A stretch of DNA of 64,000 nucleotides. Origin: an uncultured Chloroflexia bacterium (GTDB lineage: Bacteria; Chloroflexota; UBA6077; JACCZL01). The notes beneath the pieces were generated by a model. That model had not been told where the DNA came from and ran no database searches. It worked only from the letters and a program-made list of their open reading frames with translations. Both the position numbers and the translations under genes were made by a program. Shown one piece after another: positions 50,156 through 59,503 of the stretch. The stretch is from assembly GCA_963765765.1 (NCBI GenBank), contig CAVXYC010000015.1:384001-448000 (forward strand), read 5' to 3'. Each line of letters opens with the position of its first letter. Positions within the stretch are counted from its first letter, which is position 1.

Positions 50156-51512
50156 CTAGTCCAGGTAGCCGAGCTGTTCCAGGCGGCCGCGCATCACGGC
50201 TTCTTCTTCGGCGCTCATGCGCTCTGTTCCCGTTGGAGCGTTCTCGGATGAGAGCCGCTCCAGGTCAGACCGCAGTTTGAAGGCAAGGCCAGGGTTCGAC
50301 CCGGCGAGATTTCGCAGCTCCCCGGGGTCGGCCTGAAGATCGTAAAGCTCGGGATCGACCTCAGGGTTCTCAGGGGCATAGATGTACTTGTGCTGTCCCG
50401 TACGGAGAGACAGAAGACGATTCACTGGGTCGTGCAGCATGGTCTGAAAGTGACTCTGAGACGGCAGGTCTATCGGCGGTGTCATCGCCGTGCATCATTG
50501 GCAAGAGCGACTTCTGGAACCCCGGAGGAGCGGACGTAGCTCCTGCGATATTTAGAAGCGTGGGTGCGATGTCGATGTGGCGTACCTGCTGTGTGACAGT
50601 ACGTCCCTCGGGCACCACTCCGGGCAGGGTGATGATGAGCGGTACACGAATCAAATAATCGTAAAGACAGAGGTTGGCATGCCCGGCAAGCTCTCGGCGC
50701 TCTCCCTCGGACAGCACAACTTTTTTCCCGACCGAGAGAATCTTCTTCTTCATCTGCGGCGGGAGGTTTCGCGTGACACGGTAGCCGAGCGAGATAGCCG
50801 ACTGCACCCATGGACGCGGGTCGTCGATCGCTCCCGCAATCCCCTCACCATGATCCCCGGTAACGACGATCGCGGTATTGTCGAAATCTACCGCGTTGAC
50901 GATGCGGCCAACCTGGTAGTCGGTATAAGCGACGGATCGCTGATAGAGGCTGTCGCCGTACCGCCCGCTGTTGAACCGACCCTTAGTGCGCCTTGGCCAG
51001 TGCAGCTCCCAGACGTGGAGGAACATGAACCACGGCTCTGGCAGCCGCCGCGCGCTCAGGTCACGCAGCACCGTGTCGCCCCATGATGAGTCCATGTAGT
51101 AATACCGCTCGCGGCGCTCATATTGATCGAAGCCGCGACTGATACCGGTCTCGCGGAAGAGCGGTCCGGTGACCCGGCCGATCGTGTTGTAGCCCTGTTC
51201 CTTCAGCAGCTCAGCGAGTGTGGGAATCTCGCCACGTAGTTTGAATCCCAGCAGCGAGCGAATACCGTGCGCGGTGGATGGAACGCCCGTAAGCATCGAA
51301 GCGACGGACGGCGTGGTGGTGGTGGCTCCGGAGATCGTCTGGCTGAACGTTGATCCGCGAGCTTGCAGCTCCTGGAAGTTAGGAATCTGGGGAAAGCGCT
51401 CGCGGTCCGTCAGGACGTCGGCGCGCATACAATCCACCATTAGGAACAGGATGTTCGGCTTGCGGTCCGTTCCGTTTCGATTTACGACCAACCCCGCTCC
51501 TCGCTCAGACAT
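50156..51512 (-). CDS. Sulfatase-like hydrolase/transferase, alkaline phosphatase superfamily (frameshift near 50445)
   Basis: PNILFLMVDCMRAD, TTTPSVASMLTG, HVWELHWP, TGDHGE, VRHIDIAPTLL, ELYDLQADPGE, RLEQLGYLD. Confidence 0.9.
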
Positions 51513-51772
51513 ACGTCTCTGACCTGTTGCATGATGAATCTCATGTCCGTCCGACTAGCGTGCCCTCTACTCAGATATGAGCGCTAGGTTCGGGCTGCTC
51601 CCGGACGAGGGATGTTGCGTCCAATGGCTGCTCTGGAAATGACCGACGCCGACAATGTCGGTTCAGATGGCATGCGGGGCGCGTATCGTATCTCAGCATG
51701 CGGACGAATGCTGGACGATATGAGCCACAGACGCCGAAGCCTAACAGATTCTGGGGCATGACGGGCAAGCTG

Positions 51773-53248
51773 CTAGACCAACCGTCGCCGTTTCTTCCAG
51801 AAGCTCCACAGCAGCGCGATGGGACCCGCAATCCCGCCCGCCGCGACGATCGCCAGCAGCGGGTCTACCGGATAGCGGTACCGATACACCGGTCCGTCCA
51901 GCGCCGCACTGGCGAGGATCATGGCTGCGGCGACGATTAGCGGCAGCAGTGCGAGGCGCCAGCGGGGCACGATTAGGGCAAGCAGGGCTCCGAGTCCGAG
52001 CGCGTAGGTGATCCAACGTCGGTAACGGAAAGGCTGCGCAAAACTCGCCGCCGCGTCGACTTGACGGTAGGCGAGACCTTCGGCCGGGAGCTCACCGTCC
52101 ACCAATGGCGCGATCCGCGGGTCCCACTTATTGTCCCAGTTGCGCGTGGTGCGTTGGCGCCAATGACCCAGGAGCCGCTCGATCTTGCCTTCATAGAGGT
52201 CCCAGGCAAAGCTCCACGTCGATTGGACGTAGTGGGTGCGCTGCTCCCAGATTGATTGCAGGGCCAGGGAGCGGAGAAGTGAGCTCGTCTGTGATTGGCT
52301 CAAACCGACCTCGTCTCGAATCCGAGCAGTCACACGACCGCCGGACGGCTCACCTGTGGCCGCTTCATCGGCGATGATTTGTCGGGCGGCGTTGCGCGTA
52401 GGGTCAGGGTCTGGATTGGCAGGATCGTAGTAGACGAAGCCCTCATCGTGCCGGACGGTGCGGCCGATCAATGCCTGACCCAGCGCCCCATCGGCGGCGA
52501 AGCTTTGATGCGTGATCAAGTTTCGCAGCATCCATGGGGCCATGATGAGCGCGATTCCCAATAGCACGACGCCCGAGCGGACGATCCCTTCCCGAAGATT
52601 TCGACCGCTGCTGGCCAGTACGAATACCAGGGCGATGGGGATAGCCAGCTGGCCGATTGGACGACAGAGAGCGGCCAGGGCTAGAAGAATGCCACCGACG
52701 AAGAGCCAGCCGCGAATGCCCCGCGCGAGCCCGAGGACCACCGCGCCCAATGAGGCCGTCAACAGAAATGTGAATATTGCCTCGCTGAGCAGGTAGTGCT
52801 CGTAGATCAGAAGCGGCCCCGAGATTGCTGCGGCTAACCCTGCGAGTAGACCGGCCAGAGAGCCAAAGATCGTTCGGGCGAACGCAAATGCCGTTAGCGC
52901 CGTGAGCACGCCGACGACGTGCTGAGCCGTTGCCAGGCGCTCGATGTTGTCACCAACACTGCTGAGTACGCCTGAGATGAACACGGAATACACAGGCGTT
53001 CTGCGCAGCTCTGGATTGAACCCCTGGCCGTGCGCTAGCTCCCAGCCGGGCAGGAGATAGCTCTCACTGTCCGGTGTCACGAACATCGGTGCTCCCGTGG
53101 ATATGAACGGCCAGCGAATGGCGACGGCCGCTATAACGACCGTCAGGGCAAAGACTATGTCAAGCGCGACAGTCCTTGAGCGGGCAATCGAATGGGTTGA
53201 TGCCCGGCTCACTCGCAGGTTGTCTGCCGCCGCGACGGTGGTCGTCAT
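51773..53248 (-). CDS. GT-C glycosyltransferase, subfamily B copy 6
   Basis: PDSESYLLPGW, LRRTPVY, QH, YEHYLLSE, CRP, PWMLRN, YRYRYPVDP; start ATG 53248. Confidence 0.85.
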   Translation of the reverse strand: MTTTVAAADNLRVSRASTHSIARSRTVALDIVFALTVVIAAVAIRWPFISTGAPMFVTPDSESYLLPGWELAHGQGFNPELRRTPVYSVFISGVLSSVGDNIERLATAQHVVGVLTALTAFAFARTIFGSLAGLLAGLAAAISGPLLIYEHYLLSEAIFTFLLTASLGAVVLGLARGIRGWLFVGGILLALAALCRPIGQLAIPIALVFVLASSGRNLREGIVRSGVVLLGIALIMAPWMLRNLITHQSFAADGALGQALIGRTVRHDEGFVYYDPANPDPDPTRNAARQIIADEAATGEPSGGRVTARIRDEVGLSQSQTSSLLRSLALQSIWEQRTHYVQSTWSFAWDLYEGKIERLLGHWRQRTTRNWDNKWDPRIAPLVDGELPAEGLAYRQVDAAASFAQPFRYRRWITYALGLGALLALIVPRWRLALLPLIVAAAMILASAALDGPVYRYRYPVDPLLAIVAAGGIAGPIALLWSFWKKRRRLV

Positions 53249-53265
53249 AACGACGAGGTGGCTCC

Positions 53266-53376
53266 AGGATGGGCTCCCTCGCCCTGTGGGAGAAGGTTGG
53301 AGTGAGGGGCTCGCGATAGGAGATACCGCACTACCCTCACCCCACCCCTCTCCCACGGGGCGAGGGAGTCCATCCT
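53266..53376. repeat. REPIN-like inverted pair (CCCTCACCCC..GGGAGAGGG family)
   Basis: aggatgggctccctcgccctgtgggagaaggttggagtgaggg ... ccctcaccccacccctctcccacggggcgagggagtccatcct. Confidence 0.8.
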
Positions 53377-53411
53377 AGGGCGCTCGGGAAGGGTAGTGAC
53401 GGCTCGGCTGA

Positions 53412-54872
53412 TCATCGCGGCGCTTCCGCGGGGCTCGGTTGGGGCTGAAGTGATGGACGCGAGCGTGCGGGAGGGCTCAGCAATCTTCGCACAGCGCAGA
53501 GAACCGTCGCGATGCCGGTGACGCCAAGGACAATCATCAGGGGGTCCAGGGGATAGCGATAACGTGCCACGTTCCCTACCAGCGCGGCGCTCAAGGCGAG
53601 CAACGCCAGAACGGACCCACCCAGGAGGAATGCCGCGCCGCGTTGACCATTCCAGGCCATGACGGCCATGCCAAGAATAGCGACCAGCGGAACAGCCGCG
53701 CCGAGTCGACCGAGCTGAATGCTCGTGAGCCACTCGGCCGTGTTGGCCTCGCGATCGTAGGTCGTGTTTTCTTGTACGAGAAGCGGGCGGGTTGGCTCGT
53801 CCTCCCAGCGTTGGCGCGCGACGTCGTTCGTGTTGCGCTCATCGCGCAGGCGCTCGGGAATGGGCTGGGCAAGGCGAACGAATCGCTGGATCGTTCCCTG
53901 GACGTAGTAGCTGAATTGATCACGAATCGCTTCGAGCGCCAGGTCGCGCATAAGAGCGTCCGCGTCTGATGCTGAGAGGCCGGTCTCTTTACGAATGCGT
54001 GTGTGCACCGCCCGGCCAGACGAGCCTCGATCTACAGCATCTTGAAGGATTTTGCGGACGTGCTGGCGTTGCTCGGTCTCGATACTGTGGTGCGCAGGAT
54101 CCCAGTACGTGAAGCCACCGCGGTCATGACGCGCAGTGCGGCCAATCAAAGTCTGCCCCAGGCCACCCACGGCCGCGTCGTCCGTGCGTCCGGGGCGCAC
54201 TGTCCAGGCGCCGAAGACCAACACTACGATAGCGATGCTGATTGCCCCAGCAATGATGGCCCGCCGTTGGAGTCCGAGTTGGACGACCGGGGCGAGGGCC
54301 ACGATCGGCACCAGTGCCAGGGCGACTGGGCGAACGAGGATGGCGATACTAAGTACAAGCCCCGCCAGTGCGCCGGCAAGATAGCTGCCAGTGAGCGCTG
54401 CCCAGACGCCGAACGCTATTGCCGCCGTCAACACCGGAATGAACAGCGCCTCGGTCATCAGCGCGTGCTCGGTCATCAGTTGGGTGCCAAGGACGCCAAC
54501 CAGGAGACCAGAGACCAGCCCTACCATCGTGCCACCGAGACCACGGCCAAGCCAGAAGGCGGCTGCTACTGTCACCAGACCGAGCAGGTGCTGCAGGACG
54601 GCCAGACTCTGGAGATCGTCGCCCTGGATGATGAGTGATAGTGCGACGAACGCCGGATAGGCTGGTGTTCTCTTGATCGAAAGCTCGAGATCCTGGCCAT
54701 GGGCCAGGGCGTAAGCGGGCATCAAATAGCCCTCGGAATCCCCGGTGACGAATAACGGAGCTCGGAACACAAACGCGATGCGAATGATCACCGCCACGAT
54801 CATCACCAGCGTGAACACCAGGGTTGGCGGGGGACCCCGCATGCGATCCGTCAAGGTTCGATATTCACTCAT
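53412..54872 (-). CDS. GT-C glycosyltransferase, subfamily B copy 5
   Basis: GDSEGYLMPA, IKRTPAYP, LQH, EHALMTE, VRP, ARYRYPLDP. Confidence 0.85.
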   Translation of the reverse strand: MSEYRTLTDRMRGPPPTLVFTLVMIVAVIIRIAFVFRAPLFVTGDSEGYLMPAYALAHGQDLELSIKRTPAYPAFVALSLIIQGDDLQSLAVLQHLLGLVTVAAAFWLGRGLGGTMVGLVSGLLVGVLGTQLMTEHALMTEALFIPVLTAAIAFGVWAALTGSYLAGALAGLVLSIAILVRPVALALVPIVALAPVVQLGLQRRAIIAGAISIAIVVLVFGAWTVRPGRTDDAAVGGLGQTLIGRTARHDRGGFTYWDPAHHSIETEQRQHVRKILQDAVDRGSSGRAVHTRIRKETGLSASDADALMRDLALEAIRDQFSYYVQGTIQRFVRLAQPIPERLRDERNTNDVARQRWEDEPTRPLLVQENTTYDREANTAEWLTSIQLGRLGAAVPLVAILGMAVMAWNGQRGAAFLLGGSVLALLALSAALVGNVARYRYPLDPLMIVLGVTGIATVLCAVRRLLSPPARSRPSLQPQPSPAEAPR

Positions 54873-56398
54873 CGAGTCGGCGCAACATCCGGTTGGCGTG
54901 TGGGTGTGGGGCGGATGCCACTGGCGCTCCGCACGAAAGCCATGGCAAAAGCTGCACTGGTGGCGATCCCTCCAGCGACCATGACATTGATGAGCGGATC
55001 CACCGTATAGCGATAGCGCTCTTGCGGGCCATCCAGCGCTGCGCTAAGGACGATATGGACCACGGCCGCGGACGCGACGACCAGGCCCGCTCGCCAGGAG
55101 CTCATCAGGGCCGAGCCGACGATGCCAATGATGAACAGTCCCGTCAGCCAGAAGATGTATCGAGCCGGCTGGAATAGATTGAGTAGTCGCTGGGCGTCCC
55201 GCTGCGCCATTTCCTGGCTGGGAGAAGGTTTCCCTGGCAACAAGTGCGCGGTCCGCGCTTCCCAGGTGACGTCCTTGACCTCATCCGCATGGTTGCCCAC
55301 CCGCTCGTCTTGACCCTGGAAGATATCCCAGGCGAATGTGAGCGACCCGATGAGAAAATGATCCGGGTGCCGCACGATCGCTTCTGTCGCGACATCTCGC
55401 ATGACGGCATTGACTTCGACCGGGCCAAGGTTCAACTCCTGGCGGAGTCGCCCGGCGATGGTGCCGTCGGACTGACGCCGATTTGCGCCTTCTTGAACGA
55501 TTTTGCGGGCCGCCACCGTCTGGGCGTCACCGACATCTCCCCAGCCCGGTTCGTAGAAGACAAATCCGCGGTCGTAGTAGGCAGTTCGAGCGATGAGCGT
55601 GCGCCCAAACGTAGTTGTTCCACCGAGATCGTTGACCAATCGATTCCGAACCGCCCAGGGTGTGAGCGCGATAGTCAGCCCAAGACCGCAGATGACCGTG
55701 GCGACGATCGCTTCGCGCCAACGTGGCCATCGAGACGCGGCAATTCCAAGTAAGAACACCGGCGCCAGCACCTGACCTACAGGTCGCACCATCGAAGCTA
55801 GTCCGAGGCTTACGCCCGCGATGAACGCCTGATAGCGCCGATTCGAGCGCATGGCCAGGACGAGTAGAACCATGGCCGCGGTGATCGCGAACATGAATAG
55901 CGACTCGGTGAGCACGTAGTGCTCGTACACGATCAGCGGCGCTGAGAGGGCCACCAGGAGCCCCGCAGCGATTCCCGCAAGCCGCCCGAAGATGATGCGA
56001 GCCAGGATGTAGGCGAGAGCCGCCGTGCCCACACCGAGCAGATGCTGAACCAGAACGACGGTTGAAAGCTCGGAGCCGAACAATGATTGAACAAACGCCA
56101 GGAACAACGGGTAGCCGGGCGTTCTCCGCAGGCCCAGCACCAGCCCCCCGCCATGTACCAGGTCCCACGCCGGAAGGAAATAGCTCTGGCTATCCTTAGA
56201 GATGAACGGGGGAACGAGGCTGGTGAAGGTGATGCGTTGATACAGCGCTATGAGCATCACGCCAGCGAGTAGGAGCCAGTCGGCGTAGCGGATGAATGTC
56301 CCTGGGACCGCGGGCGTCTCGCCTGACCCGGACGGTGATCCTTGAGCCGTGATCGGGACGGGCGAGACGCCCGCGGTTCCAGGACTATCCTGCTGCAC
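54869..56398 (-). CDS. GT-C glycosyltransferase, subfamily B copy 4
   Basis: KDSQSYFLPAW, LRRTPGYP, VQH, YEHYVLTE, VRP, PWAVRN, ERYRYTVDP. Confidence 0.85.
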   Translation of the reverse strand: MQQDSPGTAGVSPVPITAQGSPSGSGETPAVPGTFIRYADWLLLAGVMLIALYQRITFTSLVPPFISKDSQSYFLPAWDLVHGGGLVLGLRRTPGYPLFLAFVQSLFGSELSTVVLVQHLLGVGTAALAYILARIIFGRLAGIAAGLLVALSAPLIVYEHYVLTESLFMFAITAAMVLLVLAMRSNRRYQAFIAGVSLGLASMVRPVGQVLAPVFLLGIAASRWPRWREAIVATVICGLGLTIALTPWAVRNRLVNDLGGTTTFGRTLIARTAYYDRGFVFYEPGWGDVGDAQTVAARKIVQEGANRRQSDGTIAGRLRQELNLGPVEVNAVMRDVATEAIVRHPDHFLIGSLTFAWDIFQGQDERVGNHADEVKDVTWEARTAHLLPGKPSPSQEMAQRDAQRLLNLFQPARYIFWLTGLFIIGIVGSALMSSWRAGLVVASAAVVHIVLSAALDGPQERYRYTVDPLINVMVAGGIATSAAFAMAFVRSASGIRPTPTRQPDVAPTR

Positions 56399-57863
56399 GA
56401 CTCTCTGCCTGACTAACGCGGCGCTGTCCAGTCACACGGCTCGCCGCCGTCGCCAGCGATGGCAGCAATGTTGCGATTGAGACGGCGATAAGTGGATCCA
56501 CCGGATATCGATAGCGCGGCACCGGACCATCCAGGGCCGCGGCAAGCGAAACGAGCGTGAGCGTTACGGCGGCAGGTAGCAGAATGATTCGTCGGCTCGG
56601 GTCGCGAAGTCCCACGATGACGCCGAACAGCGCCAATATCGGCAGAAGCTCGCGCAATCTGGCCGGCTGCACAATGCTGGTAAGAGTCTCGGCCACGGGA
56701 TAGCCGAGCTGCTGTGCAGGGGTGACCGTGGTGATGAGCGGTTCCAGGCGCGTTTCCCATTGCTCGTCCCAGTCCTTGTCGGCTCGCTGTCGCCAGTGGC
56801 CCGCCAGCCTTTCGTCTCGCCCGACGAAGATCTGTCCAATCATCTGCGTCGTCCCCGAGAGGTAGTAGCTGGGCTGGTCGAGAATCGCCTCAACGGCGAT
56901 CTCGCGCATCACGCTGTCTGCCTGGCCGGGGGTCACGTGGAGCTCTTCGATGATCGAGTCAGTCACGGGACGGACTGATCGACCCTTCCTGACGTTGTTG
57001 CGCTTGCGATAGACGATCTGGCGAGCAGCAGGCTTGACCTCGGTCGGTGACTCGCCGGGGCGGACGATGTGCTCGCTATCGAAGAAGCCCTCGTCGTATT
57101 TCACCGTACGGGCTATCAAGCTTCGGCCCAGGCCCCCAGCCGACGACACCGTCCCGTGGCTTCCCATATTCCGCAATGCCCAGGGAGCGAGAATCACCAG
57201 CATCGCAACGGCGGTGACAGCACCGGCCATCAATGACCGACGGTTCAGTCCCATAAGCGCCAGCACGATTAATGGAACCAGCCCGATGAGCACCTGTGCA
57301 ACCGGTCTGCACAGGGCGTCAATGCCCAGAAGCACGCCACTCACGGCAAACCAGCGCAGGTCGTTCTTCTGAATGGCCAGTACCAGTGTGAGGATGGTCG
57401 CAGTGAGCAGCGCCCCAAAAAGCGTCTCACTCATCACATAGCGCTCATAGATAAGGATAGGTCCGGACACAGCGATGAGCCCCGCCGCGAAGACGCTTGG
57501 CAAGACTCCGAGCCAACGTCTTGCGAGAAGGTACGTAAGAAGCACGGTCACCACACCGAGTAGATGCTGGACGGCCGCGAGCGTCTCAAGCTGAGTCCCC
57601 GCCAGACTAAACGAGCCAGCAATGAACAAGGGGTAGATCGGAGCCCGGCGAAGCTCTGGAGCAAAAGCTTCCCCATGGAGCAGGTCCCAGGCCGGCAGTA
57701 AGTAACTCTGGCTATCCCCTTCGAGGAAGACTGGTGCGCGAAAGTGAAACGCCCCTCGGATCAACAACGCGACAGTAAGAATGACGACAACGGCAATCAG
57801 ATCGGCTCTGGCGATTCCGCCGAAGATTCGGGGAGCTGGACGTGTCGGAGTTGATGTGCTCAT
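56385..57863 (-). CDS. GT-C glycosyltransferase, subfamily B copy 3
   Basis: GDSQSYLLPAW, LRRAPIYP, VQH, YERYVMSE, CRP, PWALRN, PRYRYPVDP; start ATG 57863. Confidence 0.85.
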   Translation of the reverse strand: MSTSTPTRPAPRIFGGIARADLIAVVVILTVALLIRGAFHFRAPVFLEGDSQSYLLPAWDLLHGEAFAPELRRAPIYPLFIAGSFSLAGTQLETLAAVQHLLGVVTVLLTYLLARRWLGVLPSVFAAGLIAVSGPILIYERYVMSETLFGALLTATILTLVLAIQKNDLRWFAVSGVLLGIDALCRPVAQVLIGLVPLIVLALMGLNRRSLMAGAVTAVAMLVILAPWALRNMGSHGTVSSAGGLGRSLIARTVKYDEGFFDSEHIVRPGESPTEVKPAARQIVYRKRNNVRKGRSVRPVTDSIIEELHVTPGQADSVMREIAVEAILDQPSYYLSGTTQMIGQIFVGRDERLAGHWRQRADKDWDEQWETRLEPLITTVTPAQQLGYPVAETLTSIVQPARLRELLPILALFGVIVGLRDPSRRIILLPAAVTLTLVSLAAALDGPVPRYRYPVDPLIAVSIATLLPSLATAASRVTGQRRVSQAESRAAG

Positions 57864-57873
57864 GTAGCCTGGG

Positions 57874-59353
57874 TCAGCTTCCCTCGGCGATCGGCCGAGC
57901 TGCTGGGGCGGGCGAGCTTCCACGGGGAAACGCGAACTGTTTCCGTCGTACCACGCCAAAGAGGACGACCATAGCGCCAACACTTCCGAGCGCCAGCAGC
58001 GTGATGAGCGGATCGACCGGGTAACGGTAGCGTGGTACGGGGCCATCAAGCGTTGCCGGCGCGGCGATGAGGAGCAATGACACGACGGCGGGTAATACGC
58101 CAGCTATTCCGATTCGGTGGGCGGCGAAGGCTGCGCCAATGGCGGCCAGTATTGGAAGCAGTACGCCCAGTCGTGAAGGCTGAACGAGGTCCACGAGTGC
58201 CTCGGAGACGGGGAACTGTGCCTCCTGGAGTGGGCTCGCCTTTCCCAGCAGATGCGCGACTCGATCCTCCCACTCATCGCGCGTCAGGCGGGCGTTCTGT
58301 GTTTTCCAGTCAGTGCGCAGCCGCTCTACGTCGCCCACCAGGAGGTCCCAGGTGAACTCGGCCGACATCTCGTACGAAGTACAGCGGCTTCTCCAGAATG
58401 ACGCTGGTGGTCAGATCGCGCAGGAGTCGATCGACTTCAGGCTCGCTCAGTCGCAATCGCTCACCAAGCCGATCGTATATCTCGCCATCAGAAAGCCGTT
58501 GGTTGATCGCGGATTGGATGATCTGGCGAGCTTGCGCTTCGCGTCGATCGGTGTACTGGTCTGCCTTCGACTGATTAAAGAACGTGAACCCGCGATCGTG
58601 CTTCGCCGTGCGCGCCAGGAGTGACTTGGGCAAGGTCGTGGACATGCTGGCCTGTCCCTGGACTACGGCATTGCGGCCCATCCAGGGCAGCACGATGAGC
58701 GCCGCGCCGGCAGCCAGCACGCCAATCGTCGCGGCCCGCCGCGGCCACGATGCCCGCCCCGTGAGGAGCATGAGTCCGGCGATGGGACCCAGTACAAGGC
58801 CGACTGGTCGAATCAGCGCTGCAACCCCGATACACAAGCCGAGTACCAGCACGAGCTTTATAGACATCCGCTCGCGCGCCAGAAGCATGAGCCACGTTGA
58901 AAGCAGGACGAATACGGTGAAGAGCGTCTCCGGCATGATGTAATGCTCGGCGACCAGGAGCGTGCCCTCGAGTGCAACGATCAACGCCGCGACGAATGCG
59001 ATGGGCGGCCCGAAGAGTTTGCGGGCGATGAGATAAGTAAGCCCCGCGACAATCAATCCCAGGAGATGCTGCACGAGCGCAATGACGTAAAGATCCTCTC
59101 CGCCAAGCTCAATCACACCGGCAAGAAAGAATGGGTAACCGGGAGTTCGTCGTGGGGAGATGTCAAAGCCGAGGCCGTTGGCCAGGTCCCAGGCGGGCAG
59201 GTGATACCCGCCGCTGTCTCGCAGGAGGAATACGGGAACGCGTGTGAGAAACGCCAGCCGCAAGAGCAGTCCGATCCCCACGATGAGCGCTAGATGGACC
59301 GACGTGCTGGTCAGGAGCGTTTGCCAGATTCGGCTATCTCGTCGGGCCGCCAT
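57874..59353 (-). CDS. GT-C glycosyltransferase, subfamily B copy 2 (frameshift near 58370)
   Basis: RDSGGYHLPAW, PRRTPGYP, EHYIMPE, IRP, PWMGRN; C-terminal half in ORF 57874-58368 with PRYRYPVDP. Confidence 0.85.
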
Positions 59354-59392
59354 CTCAGGACACAACTCCATCCCGCAGATCGGGCGTTAGCC

Positions 59393-59495
59393 CTTTGGAG
59401 TGCGGCGGTCTTCGCCGCCTTCTCGCGAGGCTGGAAGCCGTCCTCCGCGTCGCTCCGCTCGATGGGAAAGCGGCGAGGACCGCCGCACTCCAAAG
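59393..59495. repeat. Inverted REP pair (GGAGTGCGGCG..CGCCGC type)
   Basis: ctttggagtgcggcggtcttcgccgccttc ... gaaagcggcgaggaccgccgcactccaaag. Confidence 0.8.
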
Positions 59496-59503
59496 ATCCA
59501 TGG

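Noticed and set aside
47900-50450. Clustered frameshifts as phase variation
   Set aside because: No long homopolymer or SSR tracts, and the same indels affect housekeeping-type genes such as ltaE.
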